Assembly: GCA_030324005.1 (NCBI GenBank) | Contig: JARDVH010000042.1 | Location: forward strand, 43,339,933-43,403,932 | Reading direction: 5' to 3' | Length of the DNA stretch: 64,000 bases | From: Negaprion brevirostris | Lineage: Eukaryota | Part shown: one piece after another, positions 1-12,621 of the stretch | Layout of the letters: each line of letters opens with the position of its first letter | Numbering within the stretch: position 1 is the first letter of the stretch | Made by a program: the position numbers and the translations under genes | Notes under the pieces: generated by a model | Seen by the model: the letters and a program-made list of their open reading frames with translations, nothing else | Told to the model about the DNA's origin: nothing | The model's database searches: none

Positions 1-39
1 TGGGCCAAAGGGCCTGTTCCTGTGCTGTACTTTGTTTAT

Positions 40-2690
40 GGTACAGCTGAGAATTCTAAAAGGTATGTATCCACAGACGTGGAAGGCCATGGCGAAACCT
101 ACTACTATGCAATTTTCAGTGTAGAATAGTCCACTAGTTGCATGTGCAGGATCCATAGTTCTATAGTGCAAGTACAGTCAATCCTCCTGGGTGTCACAGA
201 TGTTTTACACCATTGAAATTAAAGATTGCATGTCTGCCAGTATGCCATGACCTCGTACGTGTGACAATCCATGGAATCAGTCAAACCTCACATGGCAGAT
301 CAACCTTACTTATAAACTATTCCTATCACCTCAGTTCATGATCTAACATTGAAATATCCAGAATTCAACAAATTTGGCATTTCGAGGGAGCTGCAGTGTT
401 ACACTTGCAGGAGAATGCAATGTTATCAATTGATCTGGTACATTTTGTGCAATGCAAATGCTAACACATACAAGAAGTCATGGCAAAAGATTCTACGCTA
501 CAGAAACTGTGGAAAACCATTATTGAAGGATGGGCTGACTCAATTCAACATTTCCATGAACACGTGACTCTTTTGGACGTTTTGGGAGGAGCTAGAAATC
601 TCCCAGGGAGACCAGGTAGGTAAGTCATCATGTGGGAATCCTTCCGACCTGATATTCTTCAACAACTTCAACATCCATACAATGGCATAAATTGGATGAG
701 AAGACTTGCAAGAGACATAATTTTCTCAGTGGGTATGAACAATGACATTGAAGTTATCAAGAAGTACAAGGCACATCAAGAGGTCAGCACAAAGGACAAC
801 ATGAACTTCCTACCTATGCTTGGTCCAAAATCGCACCTGACCTCTTTCATGCCGGTGGCACTGGCTGCACTGTCGATTGTTTTACCATTATTCAACAACT
901 GCACAATACATCAAACAATATCGAAACNNNNNNNNNNNNNNNNNNNNNNNNNNNNNNNNNNNNNNNNNNNNNNNNNNNNNNNNNNNNNNNNNNNNNNNNN
1001 NNNNNNNNNNNNNNNNNNNNNNNNNNNNNNNNNNNNNNNNNNNNNNNNNNNNNNNNNNNNNNNNNNNNNNNNNNNNNNNNNNNNNNNNNNNNNNNNNNNN
1101 NNNNNNNNNNNNNNNNNNNNNNNNNNNNNNNNNNNNNNNNNNNNNNNNNNNNNNNNNNNNNNNNNNNNNNNNNNNNNNNNNNNNNNNNNNNNNNNNNNNN
1201 NNNNNNNNNNNNNNNNNNNNNNNNNNNNNNNNNNNNNNNNNNNNNNNNNNNNNNNNNNNNNNNNNNNNNNNNNNNNNNNNNNNNNNNNNNNNNNNNNNNN
1301 NNNNNNNNNNNNNNNNNNNNNNNNNNNNNNNNNNNNNNNNNNNNNNNNNNNNNNNNNNNNNNNNNNNNNNNNNNNNNNNNNNNNNNNNNNNNNNNNNNNN
1401 NNNNNNNNNNNNNNNNNNNNNNNNNNNNNNNNNNNNNNNNNNNNNNNNNNNNNNNNNNNNNNNNNNNNNNNNNNNNNNNNNNNNNNNNNNNNNNNNNNNN
1501 NNNNNNNNNNNNNNNNNNNNNNNNNNNNNNNNNNNNNNNNNNNNNNNNNNNNNNNNNNNNNNNNNNNNNNNNNNNNNNNNNNNNNNNNNNNNNNNNNNNN
1601 NNNNNNNNNNNNNNNNNNNNNNNNNNNNNNNNNNNNNNNNNNNNNNNNNNNNNNNNNNNNNNNNNNNNNNNNNNNNNNNNNNNNNNNNNNNNNNNNNAAA
1701 AACCGAAGTACTATGAAGTTGTTACACATAATAGTGCAAGGGTGAAGCGTAATTGAGGATAAATTCGATCCATTCCAGCTCTTCAACTACACTTGAGTAC
1801 TCATACACCTCGGCAAGATTCTGAGTGAAACCTGCAACAACATCCAATAATGAAAATACCACAGATCACTGTGAGAAATTAAATAAACCTCCAGACAAGG
1901 TTACCATTGCAAGATCTGGGCGTACCAGCGGATTACCTTTATGCTTTAAGACTCAGAACCATCTGTCCTATACATTTATGTAATGGTAACTAAATTTGAA
2001 CTTGTATTGCAAATAGTTATATGTCTTTGGAAGGGAGTAAAGTATCTTTAAAAATAAAAGGCGATGTTGTCATCTGCCTTTAAAGAATAGCAGCAAGAGA
2101 TCATTGGAAGGGAAGTGAGTCAGGTAATCCAGTCTCTGTTTCACTTTTCACCTGTGAGCAGAAAGCAGCACACACAGCTCTACTGCTGATGTCTTCAATA
2201 TTTCCTTCCACGTACATATGTTCTCATGTGCCTAAGCTATGTATGGGAGCAGGGTGGCGGCACTGCGGTTAGCACTGCTGCATCACAGCACCAGGGACCT
2301 GTTTCAATTCCGACCTTGGGTGACTGACTGTGTGTGTGGAGTTTACACATTCTCTTCCCACGTCTGCCTGGATTTCTTTCTCATTTTCCTCCCACAGTCC
2401 AAAGATGAGCGAGTTAGATGGATTGGCCATGCTAAATTGCCACTTAGTTTCCCAAGATTTGTAGCTTAGATGGATTGACCATGGTAAATGTCTGGGCTTA
2501 CTGGGATAGGGCGGGGGTCAAGCTGTGAGGTAATGTACTCTGTCAGAGAGTCATGGCAGACTCGATGGGCCGTATGGCCTCCTTTTCCACTATAGTGATT
2601 CTATGATTCTCTGATTCTAGAAGAACCCACAATGTGTTTGCACAATCCCTTATGAGTGATTGGTGCTTTTATATCATTATAAAAATACAA
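40..2690 (+). mobile_element. Decayed Gypsy LTR retrotransposon (pol remnant and probable 3' LTR from about 2065)
   Basis: ORF at 630 (ILQQLQHPYNGINWMRRLARDIIFSVGMNNDIE) resembles the integrase zinc-binding region. ARSGRTS near 1910 is typical of the integrase C-terminus. A purine tract is followed by TGTTGT at 2065. A SINE interrupts the LTR. Confidence 0.65.
2246..2619 (+). mobile_element. tRNA-derived SINE (HE1/V-SINE-like)
   Basis: A-box head (gtggcggcactgcggttagcactgctg), B-box-like segment, core ttcctcccacagtccaaagatg, CR1-type tail ending in attct(atg) repeats. Confidence 0.85.
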
Positions 2691-2819
2691 ACCCACTGAC
2701 TTCTCAAGGCCAATTAAAAATGGATAACAAATGTTGGCTTTACCAGCGACACCCCACATCCCATAGAAGAATTTTTAAAAAGTCAGAGAGTTCTTAAATA
2801 CAAATCTACATAATTCCTT

Positions 2820-3070
2820 GCACAACTGCATGACCAGATGGAGTCCTATGAGGGTGTGTCTCGGGCGGTGGATCGAGGAGATCCGGTGGATGTGGTCNNN
2901 NNNNNNNNNNNNNNNNNNNNNNNNNNNNNNNNNNNNNNNNNNNNNNNNNNNNNNNNNNNNNNNNNNNNNNNNNNNNNNNNNNNNNNNNNNNNNNNNNGAA
3001 TGGCGGGGCAGGCTCGAAGGGCTAGATGGCCTACTCCTGCTCCTATTTCTTATGTTCTTATGTTCTTATG
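2820..3070 (+). mobile_element. CR1 LINE fragments around a gap, including 3' end
   Basis: gcggtggatcgaggagatccggtggatgtggtc (RT region) and 3' tail ggctcgaagggctagatggcctactcctgctcctatttcttatgttcttatgttcttatg. Confidence 0.75.
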
Positions 3071-4496
3071 TAAAGATTTGGGGCAATTGTACACCAAACA
3101 TCTGGTCCTAAAGTTGCATCATTCACTAAGCAATTGATGGCTTAGGTTTAGCACTGTGTTGTTTTATTCCATGCAACCTGGTGCTGATAATGAATAAGAC
3201 AATGCAGCAAAATGTTTAAATAACCTCTAAAATAAAAACTGGTGTCTGTCTACAGTTCACTGATTTCACTGGACACCAATATTCAATTCATTCACTGACA
3301 CTCATCAAGCTCTCTCGCTTGATGAGTGACATTATGTAGTCTCTAAAGCTTCTGTAATTCACATCCATTAAGCAGGTCCAATAAAAAGTATCATATATGG
3401 CACTTTGAGAATATGTGCCTATAAACTCACCATTAAATTGGAATCCTACAACTTTAAATAACAGCATGGTGAGATTTTATACAGTTTATGTACATATGCT
3501 GTGCAGTTAGAAGATGCAGCTGCCCCTGTGTGAAGAGTGCATTCTCTTTTGAAGGAATACATTGAAAATGTGAATTTTTGCTTTATTCTGCTCCTGTCAC
3601 CGTCATGTGTCATGTGCACCGAAATCATAAATCCCTTGATAGAGAATGATTTTATAATTTTGGAGCATACATGTCACACAGATGAAATCCTTCCGTGGCC
3701 TTCTACTTATTCTTTATCATTAAACTCACTCACCAGAGATTGACTTGCACCACAGGTGGGCTGAGGGCTTAATCTTAGCTCTTTGGCTCTGCGGATGCAA
3801 GTTTTTGCAAGGTAGGTTCAATCTGAGTGAGACAATTCAGGGCTGGTGCAAGCAGGGATATTGTAGAAGAACAGCCGAGTGTCAATTTTTTAAAAAAATC
3901 ATTTCTTTGATTTTTCCGGCCTGAGGCAAGATGCTGATGCTTGGGTGCATTTCATCAGATGCAAAGGCCTGGCAGCATTTCACCCATGTTGATCTTCAGA
4001 ACAAACCTTTCATGTCTGAACAACCCAGTACCCACATAAAGGGGAGACACATAAAGGAGGGAACATTACCGTCCCTCCTGCCAGGGAATTGTATTGGGCA
4101 GGACACAGGCCATACAATGCTCTGTTGACCTTGGGTGGGATTTTCCACTCTTGGGGTGAGCACGGCTGGAAACCCCTGTACTTTCCCACTGAGCTAAGAA
4201 AAAGCTGAATGTCATGTTTGACATGACCATGAGGCGCATATTAATCATTATAAAAAACAAACCATGATACATGTGACACATGCTACTTCCTAATAAGGTT
4301 GAGATCAAATGACCTAAGAGCTCAAGAGACTATGTAACATAATAAATAGCTCCTCTGTACTGAGGTCACCAAAATCTATGGTGATAGTAAAGAGCTCATA
4401 ATGAGCCCAAACACTCCAAGTTGAAAACAGGGAGATCAGACAGGATGTCGGCAAATCTGTCATGCCCACATACCGAGTCAAGATATTGGCCTTATC

Positions 4497-4836
4497 TTTT
4501 TTATTCATTCATGGGACGTGGATGTCACTGATTGGCCAGTACTTATTGTCCAACCCTAATTGCCCTTGGAGGGCAGTTGAGAATCAACCTTATTGCTATG
4601 GCTCTGGATTCACATGTGGGCCAGACCAGATAAGGACAGCAGTGAACCAGATGGGTTTTTCGAACAATCGACAATGATTTCATGGTCATCAGTAGATTCT
4701 TAATTCCAAATATTTTTTATTGAATTCAAATTCCACCCATTTGTTGTGGTGGGATTTGAATCCTGATTGTCAGAACATTAGCTGAGTTTTCTGGATTAAT
4801 AGTCCAGTGATAATACCACCAGGCCATCACATTCCC
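4497..4836 (-). mobile_element. tRNA-headed SINE sharing its 3' tail with the LINE at 19980-22135
   Basis: Reverse complement starts gtgatggcctggtggtattatcactggactattaatccag...ttcaaatccc (A/B boxes) and ends gggcaattaggg...cccatgaatgaataaaaa, the same tail as 22067-22132. Confidence 0.75.
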
Positions 4837-4899
4837 CTATGATAACTTACTGGCATTTGGAAAGATTGTGGGAGTTATATGAAGCTGTAATCCAGCTGG

Positions 4900-5270
4900 A
4901 TTCAGAGATTTCAGGGTAGGAGGAAAATGAGATCAAGGATCACTGAGATCATTTGAGAATAGAGCCATCCAGCTGGCCATGAGGATGTGCATTGTGCCTG
5001 CGCTCATGATGAGGTTGGCAATGCTCAACCAAGTAAGGATTCAACACGACATCATCCATCAGACAACCATGCTGTCAGTGATGTCTCCTGTTTCACAGTC
5101 CCCGATCATGCACTAATTATCTCTCCTTTCATTCGCAGGCTCCTCTGGAAAGCTGCTGAGGTCAAGCATGAGCCAGGCCATTGAGTGCAGCACTGAAGAG
5201 CCCTCAGATGAGGAATCTGAGGGAAGTGATTTTGAAGATCCATCATAGCACTCAAGCACCAGCACAAAGA
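4900..5270 (+). mobile_element. Decayed Harbinger-like element fragment (Myb/SANT partner gene remnant)
   Basis: Degenerate FE.RAIQLA.EDV..ACA.DEVG and acidic STEEPSDEESEGSDFEDPS segments separated by an intron-like tract. A similar segment lies on the - strand at 56400-56830. Family call is from recall. Confidence 0.35.
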
Positions 5271-6189
5271 ACAGAATCAGCCTGGGAAACAGGCCCTTCG
5301 GCCCAACGAGCCCACGCTGCCACCTCAACACCACGTCTCTACCCATGNNNNNNNNNNNNNNNNNNNNNNNNNNNNNNNNNNNNNNNNNNNNNNNNNNNNN
5401 NNNNNNNNNNNNNNNNNNNNNNNNNNNNNNNNNNNNNNNNNNNNNNNNNNNNNNNNNNNNNNNNNNNNNNNNNNNNNNNNNNNNNNNNNNNNNNNNNNNN
5501 NNNNNNNNNNNNNNNNNNNNNNNNNNNNNNNNNNNNNNNNNNNNNNNNNNNNNNNNNNNNNNNNNNNNNNNNNNNNNNNNNNNNNNNNNNNNNNNNNNNN
5601 NNNNNNNNNNNNNNNNNNNNNNNNNNNNNNNNNNNNNNNNNNNNNNNNNNNNNNNNNNNNNNNNNNNNNNNNNNNNNNNNNNNNNNNNNNNNNNNNNNNN
5701 NNNNNNNNNNNNNNNNNNNNNNNNNNNNNNNNNNNNNNNNNNNNNNNNNNNNNNNNNNNNNNNNNNNNNNNNNNNNNNNNNNNNNNNNNNNNNNNNNNNN
5801 NNNNNNNNNNNNNNNNNNNNNNNNNNNNNNNNNNNNNNNNNNNNNNNNNNNNNNNNNNNNNNNNNNNNNNNNNNNNNNNNNNNNNNNNNNNNNNNNNNNN
5901 NNNNNNNNNNNNNNNNNNNNNNNNNNNNNNNNNNNNNNNNNNNNNNNNNNNNNNNNNNNNNNNNNNNNNNNNNNNNNNNNNNNNNNNNNNNNNNNNNNNN
6001 NNNNNNNNNNNNNNNNNNNNNNNNNNNNNNNNNNNNNNNNNNNNNNNNNNNNNNNNNNNNNNNNNNNNNNNNNNNNNNNNNNNNNNNNNNNNNNNNNNNN
6101 NNNNNNNNNNNNNNNNNNNNNNNNNNNNNNNNNNNNNNNNNNNNNNNNNNNNNNNNNNNNNNNNNNNNNNNNNNNNNNNNNNNNNNNNN

Positions 6190-6363
6190 CAACCTAACCC
6201 GCACATCTTTGGACTGTGGGAGGAAACTGGAGCACCTGGAGGAAACTTACGCAGACGTGAAGAGAATGTGCAAACTCCACACAGATAGTGACTCGAGCCG
6301 GGAATCAAACCCAGGTCCCTGGAGCTGTGAAGCAGCAGTGCTAACCACTGTGCTACCGTGCCG
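6190..6363 (-). mobile_element. HE1-like SINE, 5' part (3' part in gap)
   Basis: Reverse complement cggcacggtagcacagtggttagcactgctgcttcacagctccagggacc...ttcctcccacagtccaaagatgtgc. Confidence 0.85.
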
Positions 6364-8607
6364 TATTGAGTTGGATGATCAGCCATGATCGTAATGAATG
6401 GCAGTGGAGGCTCAAGCTGTTGTTATTTTGTATGTTTCTTCGTTTCAAGCTGACAAAGCAATTTGAGCACAGGCATTCAACCTTGAGTGGGCCAGGCACC
6501 TCCTGTTTTTCAACAATAATACCAGCCTCCATCTTCATGATGATCTCCACACTGCAGTATGAATGAGAAACACACAAGAATCAATGTCTCTTTTGTTAGG
6601 TCCACTTTTGGTCAAGGCATTGCCTATAATTGTGATCCCCAAAATGATGCCTATGGGGGGGGGTGTGCATGAAGTTTGACCACAAACCCCATCTCTGCCT
6701 CCCTCATCCACATGATGAACTGTGGACAGATTTGGACGCTTGACTGAATGTTCTGCTCTCATCTCAACAACTTGCACTCTGAGACTGCACATTTTGTTAT
6801 GACCATGAGGGCGAATGTTCATTGTTTACCTTACAATAATTTGGGAGATTCAGAGCATTCTCTCCAATGACTGTTCCATGACCACTTCTCCACTTCTCCA
6901 GAGGGCATTTTCAAGCTTGTCCAGTTTCTCAATAGTCCCGCTGTTTCAAAACATTCTGTTGAAGTTGAAAGCTGCACATGAGAAGTTAAATCTAGTGGAG
7001 CAATCTTTGTCACTTTGAGGAATCAATGTTTTTTTTTATTCATTTGTGGGACATGGGCATCGCTAGTTGGCCAACTTTTATTGCCCATCTGGGAGATGTC
7101 ACTGATATATATCAGTTTTTATCTAGCTGTCTCCTCAGAAACTGACTAACCATTTGAAATGGTTTTGGCTTTTCTTGCCAAATGGATTGAGTTTCTATGG
7201 AGAAGCCATCCATGTATGTGACCATCTTCCCCAGCATATGAAGCCAAGGGTGGCCTTAGTGTGTTAGTGAATGTAGGTCAATGTTTACTTATTCAGATTA
7301 ATGCTGCATGGCATGCAGGATGGCTCATAAAAAGACATGGTCCCAATGGCTGTCACGATTTTGCACCAGTAATAATGCAGTGATTTCATTTGTCCCCTAG
7401 TGGCTTAAAACAGTTCAGGAGTACTTGACAGCAAATCCACAAAGAGCTTTCAACGAACAAGTTAAGTTAACCCTTTGAGTACTGAATTAAATTTTAAGAT
7501 GTACAAGAATATCTTTAACTTTATATGTTTTCCGCTGGAATGAATTTCTGCCTGTTGCTGAATATTACAAGCACATACACAACAAAAGCATTGTTCATAA
7601 TGAAAAGAATACTCAGAAATAAAGTTTCAAATATTGTCGTTTGGTTTTACTTTTACATTTGTTGTTCGCCATGCTGTCTCAGTTTTCAAGGGGTTAGAAC
7701 TTTCGTAAAGGGAAAAAAGACAGAGAAGAGAAGTTGGGTGGGCAGGAGGAGGAAGAAGTAAAAATACCCATTCTGAATGAAGAGCATATGCAAAAGGGAA
7801 AAGCAAAAGGCAGAAGGATGGAGACCTTCTAAGCCTGTGTTGGATCTTTATGATCTGCTGGTGGTTTCTGTAACAGCCCAGGTGGTAGGCGAGTCATCTG
7901 GATAAATGTGTGGACAAAACCTTCGCCCATACATCTGTCATTACACAGGTTTCTTCTATTAAGTGGAGACCAAAATAATTTCCTGTATGGTGCTGCACGT
8001 TATGTACAAAGGGAGAGGGAGAATGCTTTAAATGCTTCCTGATATTATAGGTTTTAAATAGCCTGAAGCAGAAGCCTATATTCGGATGATTTATTGTGCT
8101 TATTTTAATTTCTGGTAGATTACTAAACTGTTGTGACATTAAATTTTCAGCCACATCAGCTTTATTGAAGTAGAAAGGTTAAAAACAATGACTGTTTTGT
8201 GGTTGGAGAAATTTACTTCTCCCTACATGACAATTATTTCAGTTGAAGTCAGGCAACTTGCCAGCAGTTGTGATTTACCAACTACAAACATAATTCCTAC
8301 CGTGCCTTTACAGTTGCGACATTGATTAGTTTTCATTGTCCCATATTGAAGCAGTTTGTCCAACACTCAACATCATTTCTGTGTACATAGTTACTATAGA
8401 ATGCATGACTGCCTGCACTTTATATAAATCTGCATGTTAGTATAAACCAGATGATAATAAGCCACCTTCAGAACACTCATCTAATAGCGGCAAACCTGAA
8501 CTTATGTTTGATCTATAAGGGGTCCAATTGTAGCAATTGAAAATTAAGGTGTAAAGGACATTCCCTTAAAATTGATACAAATTATGCTGCTTATTCTTTA
8601 CTTACAG

Positions 8608-8731
8608 GGACAGCTGGGACAGGGAACAAATATGAAGTTCCTCACAAAGCCATGTTGTGTATCCATTCAGCAACTCCAGGGATGTGTTCAACAGATAGCA
8701 GCTGGAGACTGTTATAGTTGTGCACTTACTG
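8608..8731 (+). CDS. Internal coding exon of an RCC1-repeat protein gene (first visible exon)
   Basis: Acceptor ttattctttacttacag, donor G|gtaagt. Translates GQLGQGTNMKFLTKPCCVSIQQLQGCVQQIAAGDCYSCALT, matching the RCC1 repeat pattern (GQLG...P..V......V.QIAAG..(H/Y)S.ALT). Phase 0 to 1. Confidence 0.9.
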
Positions 8732-9419
8732 GTAAGTCGTGGACAATTTTTAAAATATTAACATTGCTTAGAAATGACTGCAATTAGAAATACTGTAATT
8801 AAAGCTTTCCTAATGTGCAATTTTATGTACAAAGTTGAAAACAAAATTCTTCAGGGATGCTCCATAGAACTGTCTTAGTGAAGTAATCCCAAGAAATGTA
8901 AACTTTTTTCAATTCAGACCTATGTTTTTTTAATTATAGCTTTCAATATACTAAAATCTGTCCTATTTATTAGAATCATTAGTCTTTCTATGCTCCTGTT
9001 CGAATATCAAAAATTACGCAAATTGACATGAAAGTGCTGAATGCTGTGTCTCCATGGCTGCGTTTCAGCAGTGTCAGCAAAACTTTGGTTTATAACTTCC
9101 TGCCATTTCAATGGACAATCCAGTTCCAGTTGCTTCTCAAGCATTATTGTATAACCTGTGGTGATGAATCCATTACTGCCAGGGGCAAGTGTTACGGTGA
9201 GCTGCTGACAATCCTACTAGCTTCCCCATTATCCTCTTCATTGCTACATGTCCAGCTAGCTCAATAGTGTCAATATCATTGACAACATAATTAACACCTC
9301 TCTTCCATTGTCCACCCCATCGCAACTGCCCTCGCTTGGCTTTACATTCACCAAAAGCAGAACATCGCCAGCAGTTTTCTGGTGAGAAATGGTAGCATTT
9401 TGATTATTTTATGGACCAG

Positions 9420-9800
9420 TCACTCAGAGACAATTCAAATCAAGGCAGCTGGGGAACTTAAGATCAATTAATCAAACTTGAATAAAAGGCTAGTATCAGT
9501 AACGGTGACCCAGTAACTACCAGAACATCACAATATTCTCCTGATTCATTTTTTTTTAGGAAAGGAAAGTTGCTGACTTTACCTGGCCTGGCTTATTTGT
9601 GACTTCAGGTAACAGGAGTGACTCTTAACCGTCCTCTGAAATGACCTAGAAAGCTACTCAGTTGCACTAAGCCACTGTGTTACCACTAGAACAAATTTAA
9701 AAAGATGGCATGCTACCATATTCTCGCAGGCAATCAGGGTAGATAACAAATGTGGATCTCGCCATTGATGCCTACATCCCATGAATGAATTAAATCTAAA
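9420..9800 (+). mobile_element. Older SINE/LINE-tail copy related to 4497-4836
   Basis: Ends ggcaatcagggtagataacaaatgtgg...catcccatgaatgaattaaa. Internal similarity to the SINE body. Confidence 0.55.
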
Positions 9801-10088
9801 AAAAACCTTTCACCCCCTGCAATGTTACTGCTGGAATTCTCCAAGGATCTATTATTGACTTCTTCCTCTTCCTCATCCACATGGTAGTCCTTGGCAACAA
9901 TTCCACATGTACTCTGATGGTGCCCAGCTCTATCTCTCCACTGCCTCTATATTATCAGATTGCTTATCTTCCAGCTAAACAAAGGGAGGACCAAGACTAT
10001 CACCTTCAGCCACAACTATAAATGTGCTTGTTCCCTTGATCCCATTCTCCTTCCTAACCACTACTTCAGGCTGAACCAAACTGCTCAA

Positions 10089-10335
10089 TGTTGTAGAATG
10101 TGCTAAGCCAAGATTCTGACAAGGAAGAGTTGTAAACGTATTTGGGTATTTACTGAAAAACTAGTTTATTTCCACACAGTATGTACCTAGTGGGTTAAAG
10201 AGAAGGCACATCTCTCCTGAGTGTGACCTGTATGCTCTCTAGAGAACCTAACACATGACTGCCTAATGTCAATGCTACATCATCATGTACATCATAGATT
10301 AGCATATCCATTTTGTTAACCCTTTATATTACACA
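10089..10335. mobile_element. Possible solo LTR
   Basis: About 250-bp block bounded by TGTTGTA...TTACACA, splitting the L2 fragment, with internal tttatt. No clean TSD. Confidence 0.4.
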
Positions 10336-10383
10336 TTCTATTCAGTGTCAAATTGAGCATTTGATGTATTATCCTCTCCATCA

Positions 10384-10637
10384 TGGGCGGCATGGTGGCA
10401 CAGTGGTTAGCACTACTACTTCACAGCTCCAGGGACCTGGGTTCGATTCCCAGCTTGGGTCACTGTCTGTGTCACATTTGCACATTCTCCTCATGTCTGC
10501 ATGGGTTTCCTCTGGGTGCTCTGGTTTGCTCCCACTGTCTAAAGATGTGCAGGTTAGGTGGGATTGTGGTCAGTGCAGACTCGATGGGCCAAATGGCCTC
10601 TTTCTGCACTGTAGGGTTTCTATGCTTCCATGATTCA
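10384..10637 (+). mobile_element. HE1-like SINE
   Basis: gggcggcatggtggcacagtggttagcact...gggttcgattccc...gactcgatgggccaaatggcctctttctgcactgtaggg tail. Confidence 0.88.
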
Positions 10638-11756
10638 TGAAAACCAGCAACTATCACCACCATAAACTTTCCTATCTTCAGGTAGTTTGACACTGAAAAT
10701 TTCATCCATGTCTTTGTCACCTCTGAACCCATTCAATCCTCCACTCTCCGTAACCTTCAACTCATCCGAACTTCATTCCTGCATCCTTTCTATCACAGGT
10801 CCCATTTACCTTCTTCCCACTTACTTCTAGCATAGCTGGTTATGGTACAGCTAGACAGTAAGTAAAACTCTGCCTACTATCCTCAACAGTACAGCTAATG
10901 CCCAATTTTTGAAAGTATGCCTTACTATGCCAGAATGAGTCTTTTACTTCCCACATCAGTCATCCTTACGGCTGCTTAGATTGACATCACTGACTTAATG
11001 ACAATTTATTCTGAATCACAGGAAATTTTGTTCTGGACTCGTATATTAGAGTCAAAATTCTCCCGTCTTGCCTACCGCGGGAATCGTAGCAGGTGAGACA
11101 GAAAATTTCGTGGATCATTTACAGGTCCATTGAGCTCGGGGGGCAGTTTTCAGTTTTGGGATGCGTGCGCTGAAGAATCCCTCCCTAGGAGTTGAGTTGA
11201 AGCAGCTTGAACCTGTTTCACATAAAACCTTTATAGCTAGCAGCAAGAAGAGACTTTCACTCCATAAGTCAAGGCTGGATTTGACCTCTGGTTCCTGAGG
11301 TGAAAGGGCAGTTTGCTAATGCATTGCTTTACTTGACCTCTTTGGTCTTTGAGACTGAGCTAGTACTGCATTTTATTGTGAAAAAACACTTTGCTTTTAT
11401 TCATTTCTGTTTTTTTCTGCATGTCAGTTAGTTTTCAACTTTTTTTGCTTATAATGGACCATACACCATCCTTCATTCAGTCATAGAGGGAAGGACCTCT
11501 TTCCTTGCTTCTACACTATTTGATCACTGTAAAACATGTTTGCCTGATCCCGGTGATGGTAAAGATGTGTTTTATCACTCATTTTCTCCTTTCCTCTTTC
11601 CCGAAGAAGTTAATTCCCTCACTGCAAGGCACTGTTCCATGGATGTCATTCAGCTTCCTGTCAAAGTATCATTTGTTCATGTGAGAATTGATAGCAGGAT
11701 ATGCAAATACACTGGGGAACTACAACTCAACCCAATGCTCATCTCACTTTAAAAGA

Positions 11757-11941
11757 AAAGCAAAATACTGCAAATGTTGAATATCTGAAATAAAAACAAA
11801 AGGTGCTGGTAAAAGCCAACAGGTCTGGCAGCATCTGTGGAGAGAAAATTAGAGTTAATGTTTCAAGTCTGTGTGACATTAATTCTGTTTCTCTCTCTAC
11901 AGATGCTGCCAGATCTGCTGAGTTTTTCCAGCATTTCCTGT
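11757..11941. mobile_element. Short palindromic repeat element (probably Penelope-derived, second family)
   Basis: Arms tgctggtaaaagccaacaggtctggcagcatctgtggagagaaaattagagttaatgt and acattaattctgtttctctctctacagatgctgccagatctgctgagtttttccagca are reverse complements. Confidence 0.6.
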
Positions 11942-12348
11942 CTTACCTTGTCCAATATCCATGCACACAAAATTCCGGTGGCTGTTGATGATTCAGACAA
12001 GAATGGAAGTCTGCCTCATTTCCCTTTCCCTAATCCAGGGCAATGAGGCCAATTGAATCAATCCTGTAGCTGATATAAAGTAGCTTAACACAGATCCGTA
12101 CTGAATCCAGAATCTTTTTGGTGAGGCATCAAGGAAGCTTTGATGCTAAATGTTTTTGAGGGACCTTTCCTCTGTGAATTTTATGAGAAAATTGTAAACA
12201 GATCGAGGTTTATTTGGTAGGACAAATAAACCTCCAGTGAGTGCCCTGGATGATGAGAGAGTAGAGGTGAAGGTTAAAAAGGAGGAAATCGTATACCACA
12301 GATGTCAAGTGGAAAATACATAGGAGGATCAGGCTGAACATTAGAAGG

Positions 12349-12621
12349 ACAGTAAGAAGTCTCACAACACCAGGTTAAAGTCCAACAGGTTTATTTGGCA
12401 GCACTAGCTTTCGGAACCTCAAGCTCCTTCATCAAGTGAGTGAGGACTTGTGTTCTCAAACAGGGCAATTAAGACATGAATACACAAGTCCTTACTCACC
12501 TGATGATGGAGCCTGAGACTCCAAAAGCTAGTGCTGCCAAATAAACCCATTGGGCTTTAACTTGATGTTGTGAGACTTCTTACTGTGCTTATCCCAGTCC
12601 AATGCCAGCGTCTCCACATCA
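12349..12621 (+). mobile_element. Penelope-derived hairpin mini-element with a hammerhead motif in each arm
   Basis: About 100-bp inverted arms (12349-12452 and 12483-12586) then tail cccagtccaatgccagcgtctccacatca, shared with the Penelope 3' end near 39205-39235. Flanked by gaacattagaagg / gaatatagaagg. Confidence 0.8.

Larger units (their letters stand above)
9815..10830 (+). mobile_element. Degraded L2 LINE RT fragment, interrupted by a probable solo LTR and a SINE
   Basis: ttccacatgtactctgatggtgcccagctctatctctcc reads as degenerate FHMYADDTQLYLS. cttccagctaaac...aagact resembles the L2 LQLN..KT motif. Confidence 0.55.

Noticed and set aside
2246-2320. tRNA-like A/B boxes at SINE heads as tRNA genes
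   Set aside because: They continue into SINE core and tail sequence and do not form complete cloverleaves.
630-6388. Long ORFs of 270-370 aa in the track (also at 17067, 20797, 43571, 54197, 62781)
   Set aside because: Their length comes from translating N gaps as X; they are not real coding regions.
7683-7832. Purine-rich Glu/Lys stretch resembling an RPGR ORF15-like segment
   Set aside because: Short, ends in a stop, has no usable donor, and lies upstream of the RCC1 exons.
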